A stretch of 64,000 nucleotides of DNA from Candidatus Omnitrophota bacterium (lineage in GTDB: Bacteria; Omnitrophota; Gorgyraeia; Zapsychrales; Zapsychraceae): the NCBI GenBank assembly GCA_035292445.1, contig DATDQB010000001.1, positions 7,530 to 71,529 of the forward strand, written 5' to 3'. Under the pieces are notes generated by a model. The model did no database searches and was not told the DNA's origin. It was given only the letters and a program-made list of their open reading frames with translations. This document shows positions 27,348-36,542 of the stretch, one piece after another. How positions within the stretch are numbered: position 1 is the stretch's first letter; the number at the start of each line of letters is the position of its first letter. Made by a program: the position numbers and the translations under genes.

Positions 27348-28237
27348 GGCGTGAGCCTGACCTTTATATGTTCTCCATCGGTCTCAAAAACGATCGTTTT
27401 ATGCCGGTCTGTTCTGTATAACGTCCCATCCAGCTGCCCCAAGGCCATCTCATCAGGAAGACCCCAAAAGTTACTGCCGGTTGAAACGAAAAAAATTTTA
27501 TTCCGCATTGTTTCGATCAAGGCCTCGCTCAGCGCTTTACCGTGATGCGGCACTTGGACGACCGATGCGTCTTTAAGAAACGGATTCTCCTTAAGAAGGA
27601 TTTCTTGCACCTTCTCCCCCACATCGGAAGTCAAAAGAAAAGAATGCTTCTTAAAGGTCAAGTACGTGACAACCGCGTTATCGTTGATCGAATAAGAATC
27701 CGTACGGCTTAAGACCGGCAAAAAGAATGTCAACTGAATATCTTCATTGATGCAAGAAAAGGTTTGCTTCGCCTGGAGCATGGATACGTTCGCGCCGCTC
27801 TCCTTAAGTTTTATTAAAAAATCTTCATAACCTTCATCGCCGCTGCCTGCGGGATTAATATAAACGTCCCCCACCTTAAACGATTGAAGTATCGCCGGCA
27901 CTCCGGCGTAATGATTTTCATGGCCGTGGGTCAGAACAACCTTCTCTATCCGCTTTTTATTGAGTTTCTTTATATATTCGACTAAACCCGCCGCCGCCTC
28001 TTTGCCTCCGGCATCGATCAAGCAGGCCGCATCCGTGGAAGGATCGATAACGATCGCATCGGCGTAACCAACGTCAACGACATGGACCGAAAGAGTCTCC
28101 GCCCCCTGTAAAACAGCCGGTAGACAAAAAATACAAATAAGAACAAAAGAAACTTTAAGATAAGAATGGCTAATGGGCAGGAACAATCTAGTCGGATTCG
28201 ATATTTTTTTGTTGGATGCTTCGTTCCAGCTCTTCAA
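27344..28237 (-). CDS. Secreted MBL-fold metallo-hydrolase resembling the ComEC/Rec2 C-terminal domain (stand-alone)
   Basis: Signal/TM segment, then LSVHVVDVGYADAIVI..LIDAG and the metal-binding VVLTHGHENHYAGVP, later VVQVPHHG. Matches the ComEC beta-lactamase-domain pattern. Confidence 0.7.
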   Translation of the reverse strand: MKSWNEASNKKISNPTRLFLPISHSYLKVSFVLICIFCLPAVLQGAETLSVHVVDVGYADAIVIDPSTDAACLIDAGGKEAAAGLVEYIKKLNKKRIEKVVLTHGHENHYAGVPAILQSFKVGDVYINPAGSGDEGYEDFLIKLKESGANVSMLQAKQTFSCINEDIQLTFFLPVLSRTDSYSINDNAVVTYLTFKKHSFLLTSDVGEKVQEILLKENPFLKDASVVQVPHHGKALSEALIETMRNKIFFVSTGSNFWGLPDEMALGQLDGTLYRTDRHKTIVFETDGEHIKVRLTP

Positions 28238-28481
28238 TGGCCGCTACGGCTTCTTTCCGGCCGACTTGAAAGATTTCGCAGTACATCTGGATCGCCAGCT
28301 CTTTCTCGCCACGAAGCAGTAGATCACGCACATGGAACATGGTCGCCTTGCCCTTGGAAGGATAAAAGCCTTTGCGGCGGCTCTGGTTGATGAACCAAAT
28401 ATGTTTGGCTTTCACCAGCACCCAAAAACAAAGGGCCAATAAAAAAACCGATACGCTTAAGAGGATGAGGATTCTAAGCAT
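28188..28481 (-). CDS. Hypothetical small membrane-anchored protein
   Basis: 97 aa. N-terminal TM helix, then a helical segment with an L7/L12-CTD-like GRKEAVAAIEELER motif. Confidence 0.45.
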   Translation of the reverse strand: MLRILILLSVSVFLLALCFWVLVKAKHIWFINQSRRKGFYPSKGKATMFHVRDLLLRGEKELAIQMYCEIFQVGRKEAVAAIEELERSIQQKNIESD

Positions 28482-28825
28482 GCCTTGATCTCACTCACAA
28501 ATAACGTCATATTGACGGGTTTAACAAAATAACCTTGAATGTTTTCCATTTTGAAAACATCTTTCAACTTTTTATGCGCCGTTAAGATAAAAACCGGGGG
28601 GATTTTTTCAATCTCCAGCTGCTTAAGTTCTCCCATGAATTCATACCCATTGATGTTGGGCATCATGATATCCAAAACGATCAGATCAGGCTTTTCCTTT
28701 TTGACCTTCTTTAAGCCTTCCTCGCCGTCTCTGGCCGTGATCACCTCGTAATCTTCCGCCTTAAGGCCGAATTTAACCAGCGCTAGGCTGATCCGTTCAT
28801 CGTCAACGATAAGAATTTTTGGCAT
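28457..28825 (-). CDS. Stand-alone response regulator receiver domain (CheY-like)
   Basis: ILIVDDE...DLIVLDIMMPNINGYEF...KPV. 122 aa, no output domain and no kinase nearby. Confidence 0.85.
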   Translation of the reverse strand: MPKILIVDDERISLALVKFGLKAEDYEVITARDGEEGLKKVKKEKPDLIVLDIMMPNINGYEFMGELKQLEIEKIPPVFILTAHKKLKDVFKMENIQGYFVKPVNMTLFVSEIKACLESSSS

Positions 28826-28921
28826 GAATGTATCCTTTAAAGTGAAAATTTCTCCAAAAAGATGGGAAAATCATTGCGTTCGCACCTGCCTCAAGTAAAA
28901 TAACTCTTAAAGAGGTGGCTT

Positions 28922-29269
28922 ATGTCTTTCAACGATTTCATGAACCAGATCCGCCAGTGGGACAACACCATCGCCAAATGGCTGATGCGTCATTTCTATT
29001 TCATGTTCTTCCAGCTGGTCTTATTGATTATCTTCGGTTTCTGGCTCACGAACACCGTCCAAATGATCGATGTGAGCTTCCAGCTTTCCGAATCATCGCT
29101 CATGGAACGCCTTGCCGTGACCCAAACCATCAATACCTCCATTATCGTCCTAATCCTTCTTCTTAATTCCTTCTGGGTCCTTTACGTCTTTAACGGCATC
29201 CAGCGCATCCGAAACATCCTCAAAGACATCAATTTCAATATCAGTAAACTCCGCTTCAAAGAAAAATAA
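28922..29269 (+). CDS. Hypothetical small membrane protein (two TM helices); the only plus-strand gene in the first 61 kb
   Basis: AAGAGGTGG Shine-Dalgarno site upstream of the ATG. 115 aa. Its stop is 6 nt from the convergent ftsA stop. Confidence 0.5.
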   Translation: MSFNDFMNQIRQWDNTIAKWLMRHFYFMFFQLVLLIIFGFWLTNTVQMIDVSFQLSESSLMERLAVTQTINTSIIVLILLLNSFWVLYVFNGIQRIRNILKDINFNISKLRFKEK

Positions 29270-29275
29270 ACACCC

Positions 29276-30523
29276 TCAAAAATATTCGTTATAAAGCTCC
29301 ACCATGCGGTTCATGGCATGTTTCGCCCAGTTGGCTTCCCCGTTCGAAGGAAGTTTCTTGCTGAGCCTTTTCTCCATCCCCAAGTGAGCCAAACCGATGA
29401 CTGAAGCGAAAGAGGCGGCGTTGCTGATATTCTTATGGGGGGCGAGGTGGATCTTTCCTAACTGAACGTTCAAGTTCGTGGTCGCTCCGATGCATTCGAT
29501 CAAACCCGGCAACAGGGCCCCGCCGCCGATCAAAACAATTCCCTGATTGATATGGCGGACCATTTCGGAATTTTCCAGCGATTGGTGGATGGCCTTCACC
29601 AGCTGTTCCACGCAGGGTTGAATGGCCAGGCAGATCACTTCCCGTTTGATAGGGATATACATGTTCTCCTTTTTAACCAAAATTTCCTCTTCATAATGCT
29701 TGGCAGAAGCTATGGCGAGCGCGTAGGACTTTTTGATTTCCTCCGCCGTATCAAAAGGAAAATGGATCTGGTCCGCTATTGCTTTTGTGAAATGCTCGCC
29801 GCCTGTATAGATAATACCGACATGCCTTAACGCATCGTCCTTATAAACCAGGACGCTGGTGACGCGGGAACCAATATCGATCAACGCACAACCCTGCAAA
29901 CGTTGAGCCTCGCTCAGCACTTGCGAAGCGGCGGCGAAGCTGCTGAAAAAAACGCCTTCCACGTCATAACCGGCCTGATGGACGGCCTTTGTAATATTGC
30001 GCAGAATGTTGGTGTTTGTCCCGATAAGGAGCGCCTTAACGCCCAGTGTCCTTCCATACAGGCCTAAAGGATTAACGGAGGTATTGGCATCATCCACGCT
30101 GTAATTCATGGCCAGATCATGAAGGATCTCTTCTTCCATCTTGACGCCCAAAAGCCGTGCATGCTCATTGACCCTTTTGATGTCTCGTTTTGTGATGACT
30201 TTATGCCCGCGGTCGATCAAGGGTATCGTCGTTGCCGTAGGCCTTACGAAAATGAGATCACCGTTAACGCCTAACTCAAGGGCCTTGGCTTTAATGCCGG
30301 TCTTTTGAACTAACTTTTCGATCGCATGATGGATGCCCTCGGAAAGCTCCTGCAGGTCATTGACGAACGCTTCTTTAAGCCCATGCGTCTCATGCTCATA
30401 GATCCCTAAGATCTCGCTGCCGCCGTTTTCTTGGGCCAAAAGGGCGCAAACTTTTAATTTATGCGCCCCAAAATCCAAACTATAAAAGCATTTATCCTGA
30501 GCCAGACGATTTAACATGGTCAT
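29276..30523 (-). CDS. ftsA: Cell division protein FtsA
   Basis: Actin-like ATPase, 415 aa. YSLDFGAHKLKVCA N-terminus and the SHS2 insert. Downstream of ftsQ. Confidence 0.9.
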   Translation of the reverse strand: MTMLNRLAQDKCFYSLDFGAHKLKVCALLAQENGGSEILGIYEHETHGLKEAFVNDLQELSEGIHHAIEKLVQKTGIKAKALELGVNGDLIFVRPTATTIPLIDRGHKVITKRDIKRVNEHARLLGVKMEEEILHDLAMNYSVDDANTSVNPLGLYGRTLGVKALLIGTNTNILRNITKAVHQAGYDVEGVFFSSFAAASQVLSEAQRLQGCALIDIGSRVTSVLVYKDDALRHVGIIYTGGEHFTKAIADQIHFPFDTAEEIKKSYALAIASAKHYEEEILVKKENMYIPIKREVICLAIQPCVEQLVKAIHQSLENSEMVRHINQGIVLIGGGALLPGLIECIGATTNLNVQLGKIHLAPHKNISNAASFASVIGLAHLGMEKRLSKKLPSNGEANWAKHAMNRMVELYNEYF

Positions 30524-31275
30524 TTCTTCCCGACAATCGGCTCCTTAAACCGCAAGTCAATATACTTCACTTCTTTCAGATCGACCTGGCCTTTGGCCAA
30601 GATAACCCCCAATATTTTTACCTTTTGACCGACTTTGGAGGCGTCCAGAATGACATGAAGTTTATTGGATAAATATACATTTATCTTTGACAAATTTTCA
30701 ATATCAATTTGCTCGATAGCATAAGAAGACAACGCCCGGTTGACTTTAAAAGAATTAATAATGTTAAGGCCGATTTCATGGTCGCCGCTGGGAAGCGGCA
30801 GCCCGAGCGTGTAGCGCGGATGATGGTCATGCGGGGTGCTGATATACGGCAATTTTCCATCCTTTTTGGTCGATGAAGCCACCACGACCCCCCTTTCATC
30901 AAGCGTTAGGATATTAGAGCTCGATTGGACCTGGGCCGCGGGGAAACGCGGCTTGGCCTGGATATGGATCTGGTTAGGGAACTGGCGGACAACTCTTAAA
31001 TCGGAAACCTGAGGATACTTAAGAACTAAGTGCCGCTGGATCTGCTTGAGATTCAACGTAAAGATATTCTTGCCGCTTAAATTCGCGAAATCTTTTTTAT
31101 CGATAAAAGACAATGAGGGATCCAGCGCCACCATTTGGACACTGAAATACCTCGAGTGCGTCAGAAGATGAAACGTCCGTTGGCACAGGAAGATGCCGAC
31201 CGTCAACGCCAGGATGATGACGATGGATATTTTAACGGCCGCTAGGGAGATGGGTGAATTTTTTCTTTTCGCCAT
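30520..31275 (-). CDS. ftsQ: Cell division protein FtsQ/DivIB
   Basis: 251 aa with a single N-terminal TM helix and a POTRA-like periplasmic domain. Assigned from its dcw-cluster position. Confidence 0.75.
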   Translation of the reverse strand: MAKRKNSPISLAAVKISIVIILALTVGIFLCQRTFHLLTHSRYFSVQMVALDPSLSFIDKKDFANLSGKNIFTLNLKQIQRHLVLKYPQVSDLRVVRQFPNQIHIQAKPRFPAAQVQSSSNILTLDERGVVVASSTKKDGKLPYISTPHDHHPRYTLGLPLPSGDHEIGLNIINSFKVNRALSSYAIEQIDIENLSKINVYLSNKLHVILDASKVGQKVKILGVILAKGQVDLKEVKYIDLRFKEPIVGKK

Positions 31276-32203
31276 AAGCCAATCCTACCAGTTTCAAACA
31301 AAGTTGGTTAAAATTGATCCCCGCGTGTTTTGCCGCTTTGGGCAGCAAGCTCGTCGCGGTAAAGCCGGGTATCGTATTGACCTCCAGGAGATAATGCTGC
31401 CCCTTGCGGTCAACCATAAAATCCACCCGCGCCAAATGACGGCAACCCAGAAGCTTATACGCCTTCAGGGCCGTCTCTTGGACCGCCTTGGCCGCCTCCT
31501 GCGATAACCGTGCGGGTACAATATATTCTGTCATACCTTTCTCGTATTTTGCTTTAAAATCGAAAAATTTATTTTTTGGGCAAATTTCCACAATAGGTAG
31601 CGGCGCTTGGTCCAGGATGCCGACCGTGACCTCTGTTCCTTCAATGGCTTCCTCAACTAAAACTTCCTCCCCGTACTGCCACGCCAATGCCAGGGCCGCC
31701 TCTAACTCAGCTTTAGAGGCGGCATAACTGATGCCGATACTGGAGCCCTCGCAAGAAGGTTTGACAAACACCGGTAATTTAAGGGCCGCCAGCGCTTTAG
31801 CGGGGTTTCCACTGTTCTTTCTTAAAGCCGCGTACCGGCTGACCCGAATATGGTTTTGTTGGAACAATTGCTGACACACCACCTTATTAAATGCCCGCTG
31901 GCTGGCCTCGACACCGGATCCGGTATAAATGATATTGGCTTTATCCAAAATAGCCTGGATCGTTCCGTCTTCCCCGAAACGCCCGTGAAGGGCCAGAAAA
32001 GCCACATCGATGGCCGCCTGTTGAAGTTGAGATAACAATGCCTTTTCATCGTCGGTATCAATAAAGATAGGGCTAACATGGCATCCTTCCTCCTGTAAGG
32101 CGAGCAAGACCGCCTGCCCTGACTTAAGGGAAATTTCCCTCTCGGAAGAAGGCCCCCCCATTAACACGCCGATATGCCCCATTTCTTTCACGTTTTGAGC
32201 CAT
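31232..32203 (-). CDS. ddl: D-alanine--D-alanine ligase
   Basis: ATP-grasp enzyme, 323 aa. N-terminus HIGVLMGGPSSEREISLKSG. Overlaps the ftsQ start by 44 nt. Confidence 0.9.
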   Translation of the reverse strand: MAQNVKEMGHIGVLMGGPSSEREISLKSGQAVLLALQEEGCHVSPIFIDTDDEKALLSQLQQAAIDVAFLALHGRFGEDGTIQAILDKANIIYTGSGVEASQRAFNKVVCQQLFQQNHIRVSRYAALRKNSGNPAKALAALKLPVFVKPSCEGSSIGISYAASKAELEAALALAWQYGEEVLVEEAIEGTEVTVGILDQAPLPIVEICPKNKFFDFKAKYEKGMTEYIVPARLSQEAAKAVQETALKAYKLLGCRHLARVDFMVDRKGQHYLLEVNTIPGFTATSLLPKAAKHAGINFNQLCLKLVGLAYGEKKKFTHLPSGR

Positions 32204-33603
32204 TACACTTCTTTCAATTGAGCTGATTTTTCTTGCGATGCCTTCCCTTCTTGCAAAGCTCCCGCCAACTGATCCGAAATTTTGGTAATGTCCCCCGCCC
32301 CCAAGGTCAAGACCAGATCACCGGGCCGGACGATTTTTAAAACATGCTTGATGATGTCTTCCAATTTAAGATAAATAACAGACTTGTCTGTTTGATTCTT
32401 GATTTGCTCGACCAAGACCTGGGCATGGATGCCCTCAATGGGTTTTTCGCTGGCAGCGTAAATATCCGTGACGATCACATAATCGGCCTTGAGAAGGCTT
32501 TGGGCAAAATCCGCCAAAAGCGCCTTGACCCTCGTGTAGCGGTGCGGTTGAAAAATAACTATCATGCGGTCTCTTTTCAAATGCTGCGCCGTTGTCAACA
32601 CGGCATCGATCTCCGTTGGGTGATGGGCATAATCATCGATGATAAAGATATTATTGTGCTCTTGTTTGAGCTGAAACCGCCGTTTGACCCCGCGAAACGT
32701 CTTTAAGGATCTGCGTATGGTGTCGAAATCAATCCCGATCGTCAATCCGATGCTGATAGCCGCCAAACTATTAAGGATATTGTGCCGCCCCGGCACCTCC
32801 AGTATCATCTGCCCGAGATCCTTGCCCGAAACGATGCAATCGAAACTGGAAGAGAATTCGTAATATTTCACGTTGGTGGCATAAACGTTAAAAGCGGGAG
32901 AAAAACCGTACGTTTTAAAACCGCGTTTCCCCCTCTTAAGAAGCTTCACCAACTGTTCATCTTCCCCGCAACCGAAAATAAGGCCGTCTTTTTGCGTCCG
33001 CTGAAAATATTCGGCGTAGGCTTCTTTGATTTCATCCAGGTCTTTATATTGGTCCACATGTTCAAAATCAATATTGGTAACGACCGAATATTTGGGAGAG
33101 AAAAACAAGAACGACCTGTCGCTTTCATCGACTTCAGCCACAAAATACCGCCCGGCGCCTAACCGGGCGTTAGAGGATGTTCCGACAATGACCCCGCCAA
33201 TGGCCGTTGTCGGGTGCAGGTTGGCCGAGATCAGAAGATGGGAGATCATCGATGTGGTCGTGGTCTTGCCATGGGCCCCGGCCACGGTGATACCGACATG
33301 GTCTTTCATCAACTCCGCCAACAGTTGGGCCCGTTTCACAACGGGAATGCCTTGTATCTGCGCAGCCCTTAATTCAGGGTTATCGAGAAAAATGGCCGAG
33401 GAATAAACGATATAATCGGCCCCCTCAACATTTTGCGGGGCATGGCCGATCGAGATTCTCGCACCTTGCTCTTTCAATTGAACCGTCAATTCATTTTCTT
33501 TAATGTCAGAGCCCGATACTTTATGGCCTTTGGCCAACAATAACGAAGCCAACGCCCCCATCCCGATCCCCCCGATACCGATCAAATGATACTGCTTTGT
33601 CAT
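32203..33603 (-). CDS. murC: UDP-N-acetylmuramate--L-alanine ligase
   Basis: YHLIGIGGIGMGALA. The likely start is MTKQYH at 33603 (track ORF starts at 33624). Confidence 0.9.
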   Translation of the reverse strand: MTKQYHLIGIGGIGMGALASLLLAKGHKVSGSDIKENELTVQLKEQGARISIGHAPQNVEGADYIVYSSAIFLDNPELRAAQIQGIPVVKRAQLLAELMKDHVGITVAGAHGKTTTTSMISHLLISANLHPTTAIGGVIVGTSSNARLGAGRYFVAEVDESDRSFLFFSPKYSVVTNIDFEHVDQYKDLDEIKEAYAEYFQRTQKDGLIFGCGEDEQLVKLLKRGKRGFKTYGFSPAFNVYATNVKYYEFSSSFDCIVSGKDLGQMILEVPGRHNILNSLAAISIGLTIGIDFDTIRRSLKTFRGVKRRFQLKQEHNNIFIIDDYAHHPTEIDAVLTTAQHLKRDRMIVIFQPHRYTRVKALLADFAQSLLKADYVIVTDIYAASEKPIEGIHAQVLVEQIKNQTDKSVIYLKLEDIIKHVLKIVRPGDLVLTLGAGDITKISDQLAGALQEGKASQEKSAQLKEV

Positions 33604-34373
33604 TTCTTTAAATACGCCTCCCAAGCGGCGTCCAACTCGTCGATATTCTTAAAACGGATATAAACGCTTTTTAAAGCCTCTTCAAAGAGGACGCCATCCT
33701 TTAACTTGCGGCATAACCGAAGAAACCGCGAGGACCCTTGCTCACGAATAAGATAATACACGATACTGGCGGACTCTGCATAGAAAAGTTCCACTTTTTT
33801 TCGTTCCGTGCCCTGATTTGGCCTAAAAGATGCCAATTCTTTTAAGGGTATAAATTCGCCCTGCTCCATCGCCTGTTGCACGGCTTGATTGGCCCCCCAT
33901 CTTTTGGCCTTTTCCTGATACATCGCCACACCCTCCTCAAACCATAAGGGAACTTGCGTATCAAGGCCGATCAATTCACGAAAAATGATATGACCCAGCT
34001 CATGCGGCAGCGTTGAATCGAAAAATCCGTGCGCGCTGGGGAAAGTGCGGATGATCTTACTGCGTACCAAAGCGCTCCCCGAGGACCAATGCGCCTCACG
34101 CGCCTCGGTCACAAAATCGTCCGCATCATCATAAATATAGATCTGGGTCCGATCATCCGCGGTCCAATACCTGTTCCTTGTGAACCCTAAATTGCTGTAA
34201 ATTTCCTGATAATAATGCTCCGCGTTATCCGCTACGGTCTTGACAAAATCAACCGGCGCTTCCTTATAATAAACGACAAAATGCTGACTTTTATGTTGAT
34301 TCCATTCTTGAGCCTGCGCCGGGACGCAAAAAAAACAGCAAACGATAAAGAATATAAAAATATTTTTTTTCAT
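33600..34373 (-). CDS. Secreted HExxH zinc metallopeptidase-like protein (peptidase MA / Peptidase_MA_2-like) embedded in the dcw cluster
   Basis: Signal peptide MKKNIFIFFIVCCFFCVPAQA, then HELGHIIF...EEGVAMY (HExxH followed by a downstream Glu, the gluzincin pattern). Sits where murB normally lies. Confidence 0.6.
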   Translation of the reverse strand: MKKNIFIFFIVCCFFCVPAQAQEWNQHKSQHFVVYYKEAPVDFVKTVADNAEHYYQEIYSNLGFTRNRYWTADDRTQIYIYDDADDFVTEAREAHWSSGSALVRSKIIRTFPSAHGFFDSTLPHELGHIIFRELIGLDTQVPLWFEEGVAMYQEKAKRWGANQAVQQAMEQGEFIPLKELASFRPNQGTERKKVELFYAESASIVYYLIREQGSSRFLRLCRKLKDGVLFEEALKSVYIRFKNIDELDAAWEAYLKK

Positions 34374-34374
34374 A

Positions 34375-35448
34375 TCAAACCAAGCTTAAGGCGGCATCAG
34401 CCAGACGCTTGGCAGAGTCAACGATAAAATTGGCTTCGATATTCCTATCAATGGCCGGGGCATCCACTTCCCTCGGCAGCATCACCATGATCATTTGTTT
34501 AAGCCGATCGGCCGTCAAATCCTTTTCTTCAAGGATCTCGGCCAATTCGGTTTTCTTTAAAACTAACGCATTCTGCCATTGATGCGCCTTGGCATACGGA
34601 TAAGGAATAAGAATCGCTTTCTTCCTGAAAAGCGCCAGCTCCGTAACGGTGACTGCCCCGGCGCGCGAAATGACCAGATCGCTCACCGCATAGGCTTTCC
34701 CCATGGATTCCAGAAACGGAAAGACAGCCGCCGGGATCTCCGTTCTTGCGTAGGCCTTGCATAGATTCTCATAATCCTTTAGACCGCTTACGTGGATCAC
34801 CTGGAATTTCAGGTCATTTTTCAACAATTCCGCCGCTTCAAAAAAAACCTGGTTGATCCGATGGGCTCCTTGGCTGCCGCCGAAAACCAATAAGGTCCTG
34901 ACATCATCCTTAAGCCGCCATTCCTCCAGAATGCGCTTCTTATCCATTTCCTTTTTATGATGCCGGGTAGGACAGCCTGTTAAGACGGTCTTAGCGGGGC
35001 TAAAGTATTTCTGCGTCTGAGAAAAACTGACGGCAACCTTGCGAACACATACGGCCAGGCAGCGGTTAGCACGACCGGGTACCACATTTTGCTCGTGGAT
35101 CATCATGGGGATGCGCAGAAACCAAGCGGCGAAAACGCTGGCAAAAGAACCGTGCGCCCCGAATCCGATTACCACACTGGGCCGGTAATACCTTAATAAT
35201 TTCAACGAGCGAAAAAACGCTTTGACCATTCTCCATCCGGCCGAAAAAAAACTAAAAGGCTGATCCGCCACAAAACCTTTGGTCTTAAGTTCGTCATAAA
35301 AAAACTGATTCTGTTTTAAATACTTGACATGCTCGCCGAAAGAACCCAGAAAAATAACCTCGTGCCCCCTGTCTCTAAGTTCCTTGGCGAGCTCAAGAGC
35401 GGGAAATAAATGACCGCCGCTGCCACCTGTGGCCAGAACTATTCTCAT
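34375..35448 (-). CDS. murG: UDP-N-acetylglucosamine--N-acetylmuramyl-(pentapeptide) pyrophosphoryl-undecaprenol GlcNAc transferase
   Basis: The real start is MRIVLATGGSGGHLFPA at 35448 (ATGA overlap with the ftsW stop). The track ORF extends to 35946 through an out-of-frame reading of ftsW. Confidence 0.9.
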   Translation of the reverse strand: MRIVLATGGSGGHLFPALELAKELRDRGHEVIFLGSFGEHVKYLKQNQFFYDELKTKGFVADQPFSFFSAGWRMVKAFFRSLKLLRYYRPSVVIGFGAHGSFASVFAAWFLRIPMMIHEQNVVPGRANRCLAVCVRKVAVSFSQTQKYFSPAKTVLTGCPTRHHKKEMDKKRILEEWRLKDDVRTLLVFGGSQGAHRINQVFFEAAELLKNDLKFQVIHVSGLKDYENLCKAYARTEIPAAVFPFLESMGKAYAVSDLVISRAGAVTVTELALFRKKAILIPYPYAKAHQWQNALVLKKTELAEILEEKDLTADRLKQMIMVMLPREVDAPAIDRNIEANFIVDSAKRLADAALSLV

Positions 35449-36542
35449 AAATCCTGAACCCGGGAAATGTTTAACAAAAGGCCGATGGATATCATATGAA
35501 AAACCAAAGCCGATCCCCCGTAACTGATAAAGGGTAGCGGCAATCCTTTGGTCGGCAAAGCCCCGATGCTCACACCGATATTGACCAGCGCCTGAAGGCC
35601 GAGCATGGCAATGATCCCTATGCACACATAATAGCCGAAGGGCTCCAACGTCCGTTTGGCGATGCGGGCCCCCTGCCAAATAAAAGCGGCAAAAAGAAAA
35701 ATGATGGAAAACGTGCCCAGCAAACCCAACTCCTCCCCGATGATGGAGAGAATAAAATCCGTGTGAGCGGCCGGAAGATAGAACAATTTCTGAACGCTTT
35801 TTCCCAGGCCAACCCCCCATAAACCTCCCGAACCAAGGGCGATCTGCGATTGGGACAATTGAAACCCGACTCCCAACGGGTCCTGCCAAGGGTCCCAAAA
35901 AGCGGCGATCCTTTTCATCCGGTAAGGGACGCGCACAACCAGCCAATACAACGCGGGCAACGATAATAAACCAAAACCGACAATGTGCTGTGTTTTAGCG
36001 CCGGCAATGAACATCATGATCATCACCATGGCCGCTATCAAAACGGCGTTTCCCAGATCGGGCTGTTTAAGGATCAGAATGCAAACGACCCCTAAAACCA
36101 TCATCATCGGCATAAACCCCAGCCAGAAGTTCTGGATCCTATCTTTTTTTCTGGTTAAAAAATCAGCCGTGTAAATAATGACCGCCAATTTGGCAAATTC
36201 CGATGGCTGAAAACTAATGGAACCGATACGAAACCATCGGCGGGCGCCATAACTCGCTTTGCCTATTTCGGGAATCAAAACCAAAAATAAAAGAAAAACG
36301 GCGAACAGCATGATGGGTTTAGACCATTTTTGAATGTCCCGATAGTCGATGGCCATCACCAGCGATGTAGCCACCAGCCCGATCATTAAAAAAAGTAAAT
36401 GCCGGTTGAGGAAATAAGACGCGTCCCCCAGCTCTTGCAAGGCATAAACGCCGCTTGAGCTATAAATCATGATGATGCCGATACTGATCAAGCTGGCCAC
36501 AATGGCCGCTATGGAAATACGTAGGCTTCGCATATCAATCAA
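35445..36542 (-). CDS. ftsW: Peptidoglycan glycosyltransferase FtsW (SEDS family)
   Basis: 365 aa polytopic SEDS protein located between murD and murG. Confidence 0.88.
   Translation of the reverse strand: MIDMRSLRISIAAIVASLISIGIIMIYSSSGVYALQELGDASYFLNRHLLFLMIGLVATSLVMAIDYRDIQKWSKPIMLFAVFLLFLVLIPEIGKASYGARRWFRIGSISFQPSEFAKLAVIIYTADFLTRKKDRIQNFWLGFMPMMMVLGVVCILILKQPDLGNAVLIAAMVMIMMFIAGAKTQHIVGFGLLSLPALYWLVVRVPYRMKRIAAFWDPWQDPLGVGFQLSQSQIALGSGGLWGVGLGKSVQKLFYLPAAHTDFILSIIGEELGLLGTFSIIFLFAAFIWQGARIAKRTLEPFGYYVCIGIIAMLGLQALVNIGVSIGALPTKGLPLPFISYGGSALVFHMISIGLLLNISRVQDL

Noticed and set aside
34375-35946. 523-aa version of the murG ORF with a 166-aa N-terminal extension
   Set aside because: The extension is an out-of-frame read-through of ftsW with His/Arg/Gly-rich nonsense. 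MurG's conserved N-terminus MRIVLATGGSGGH begins at the internal ATG 35448, which forms an ATGA junction with ftsW.
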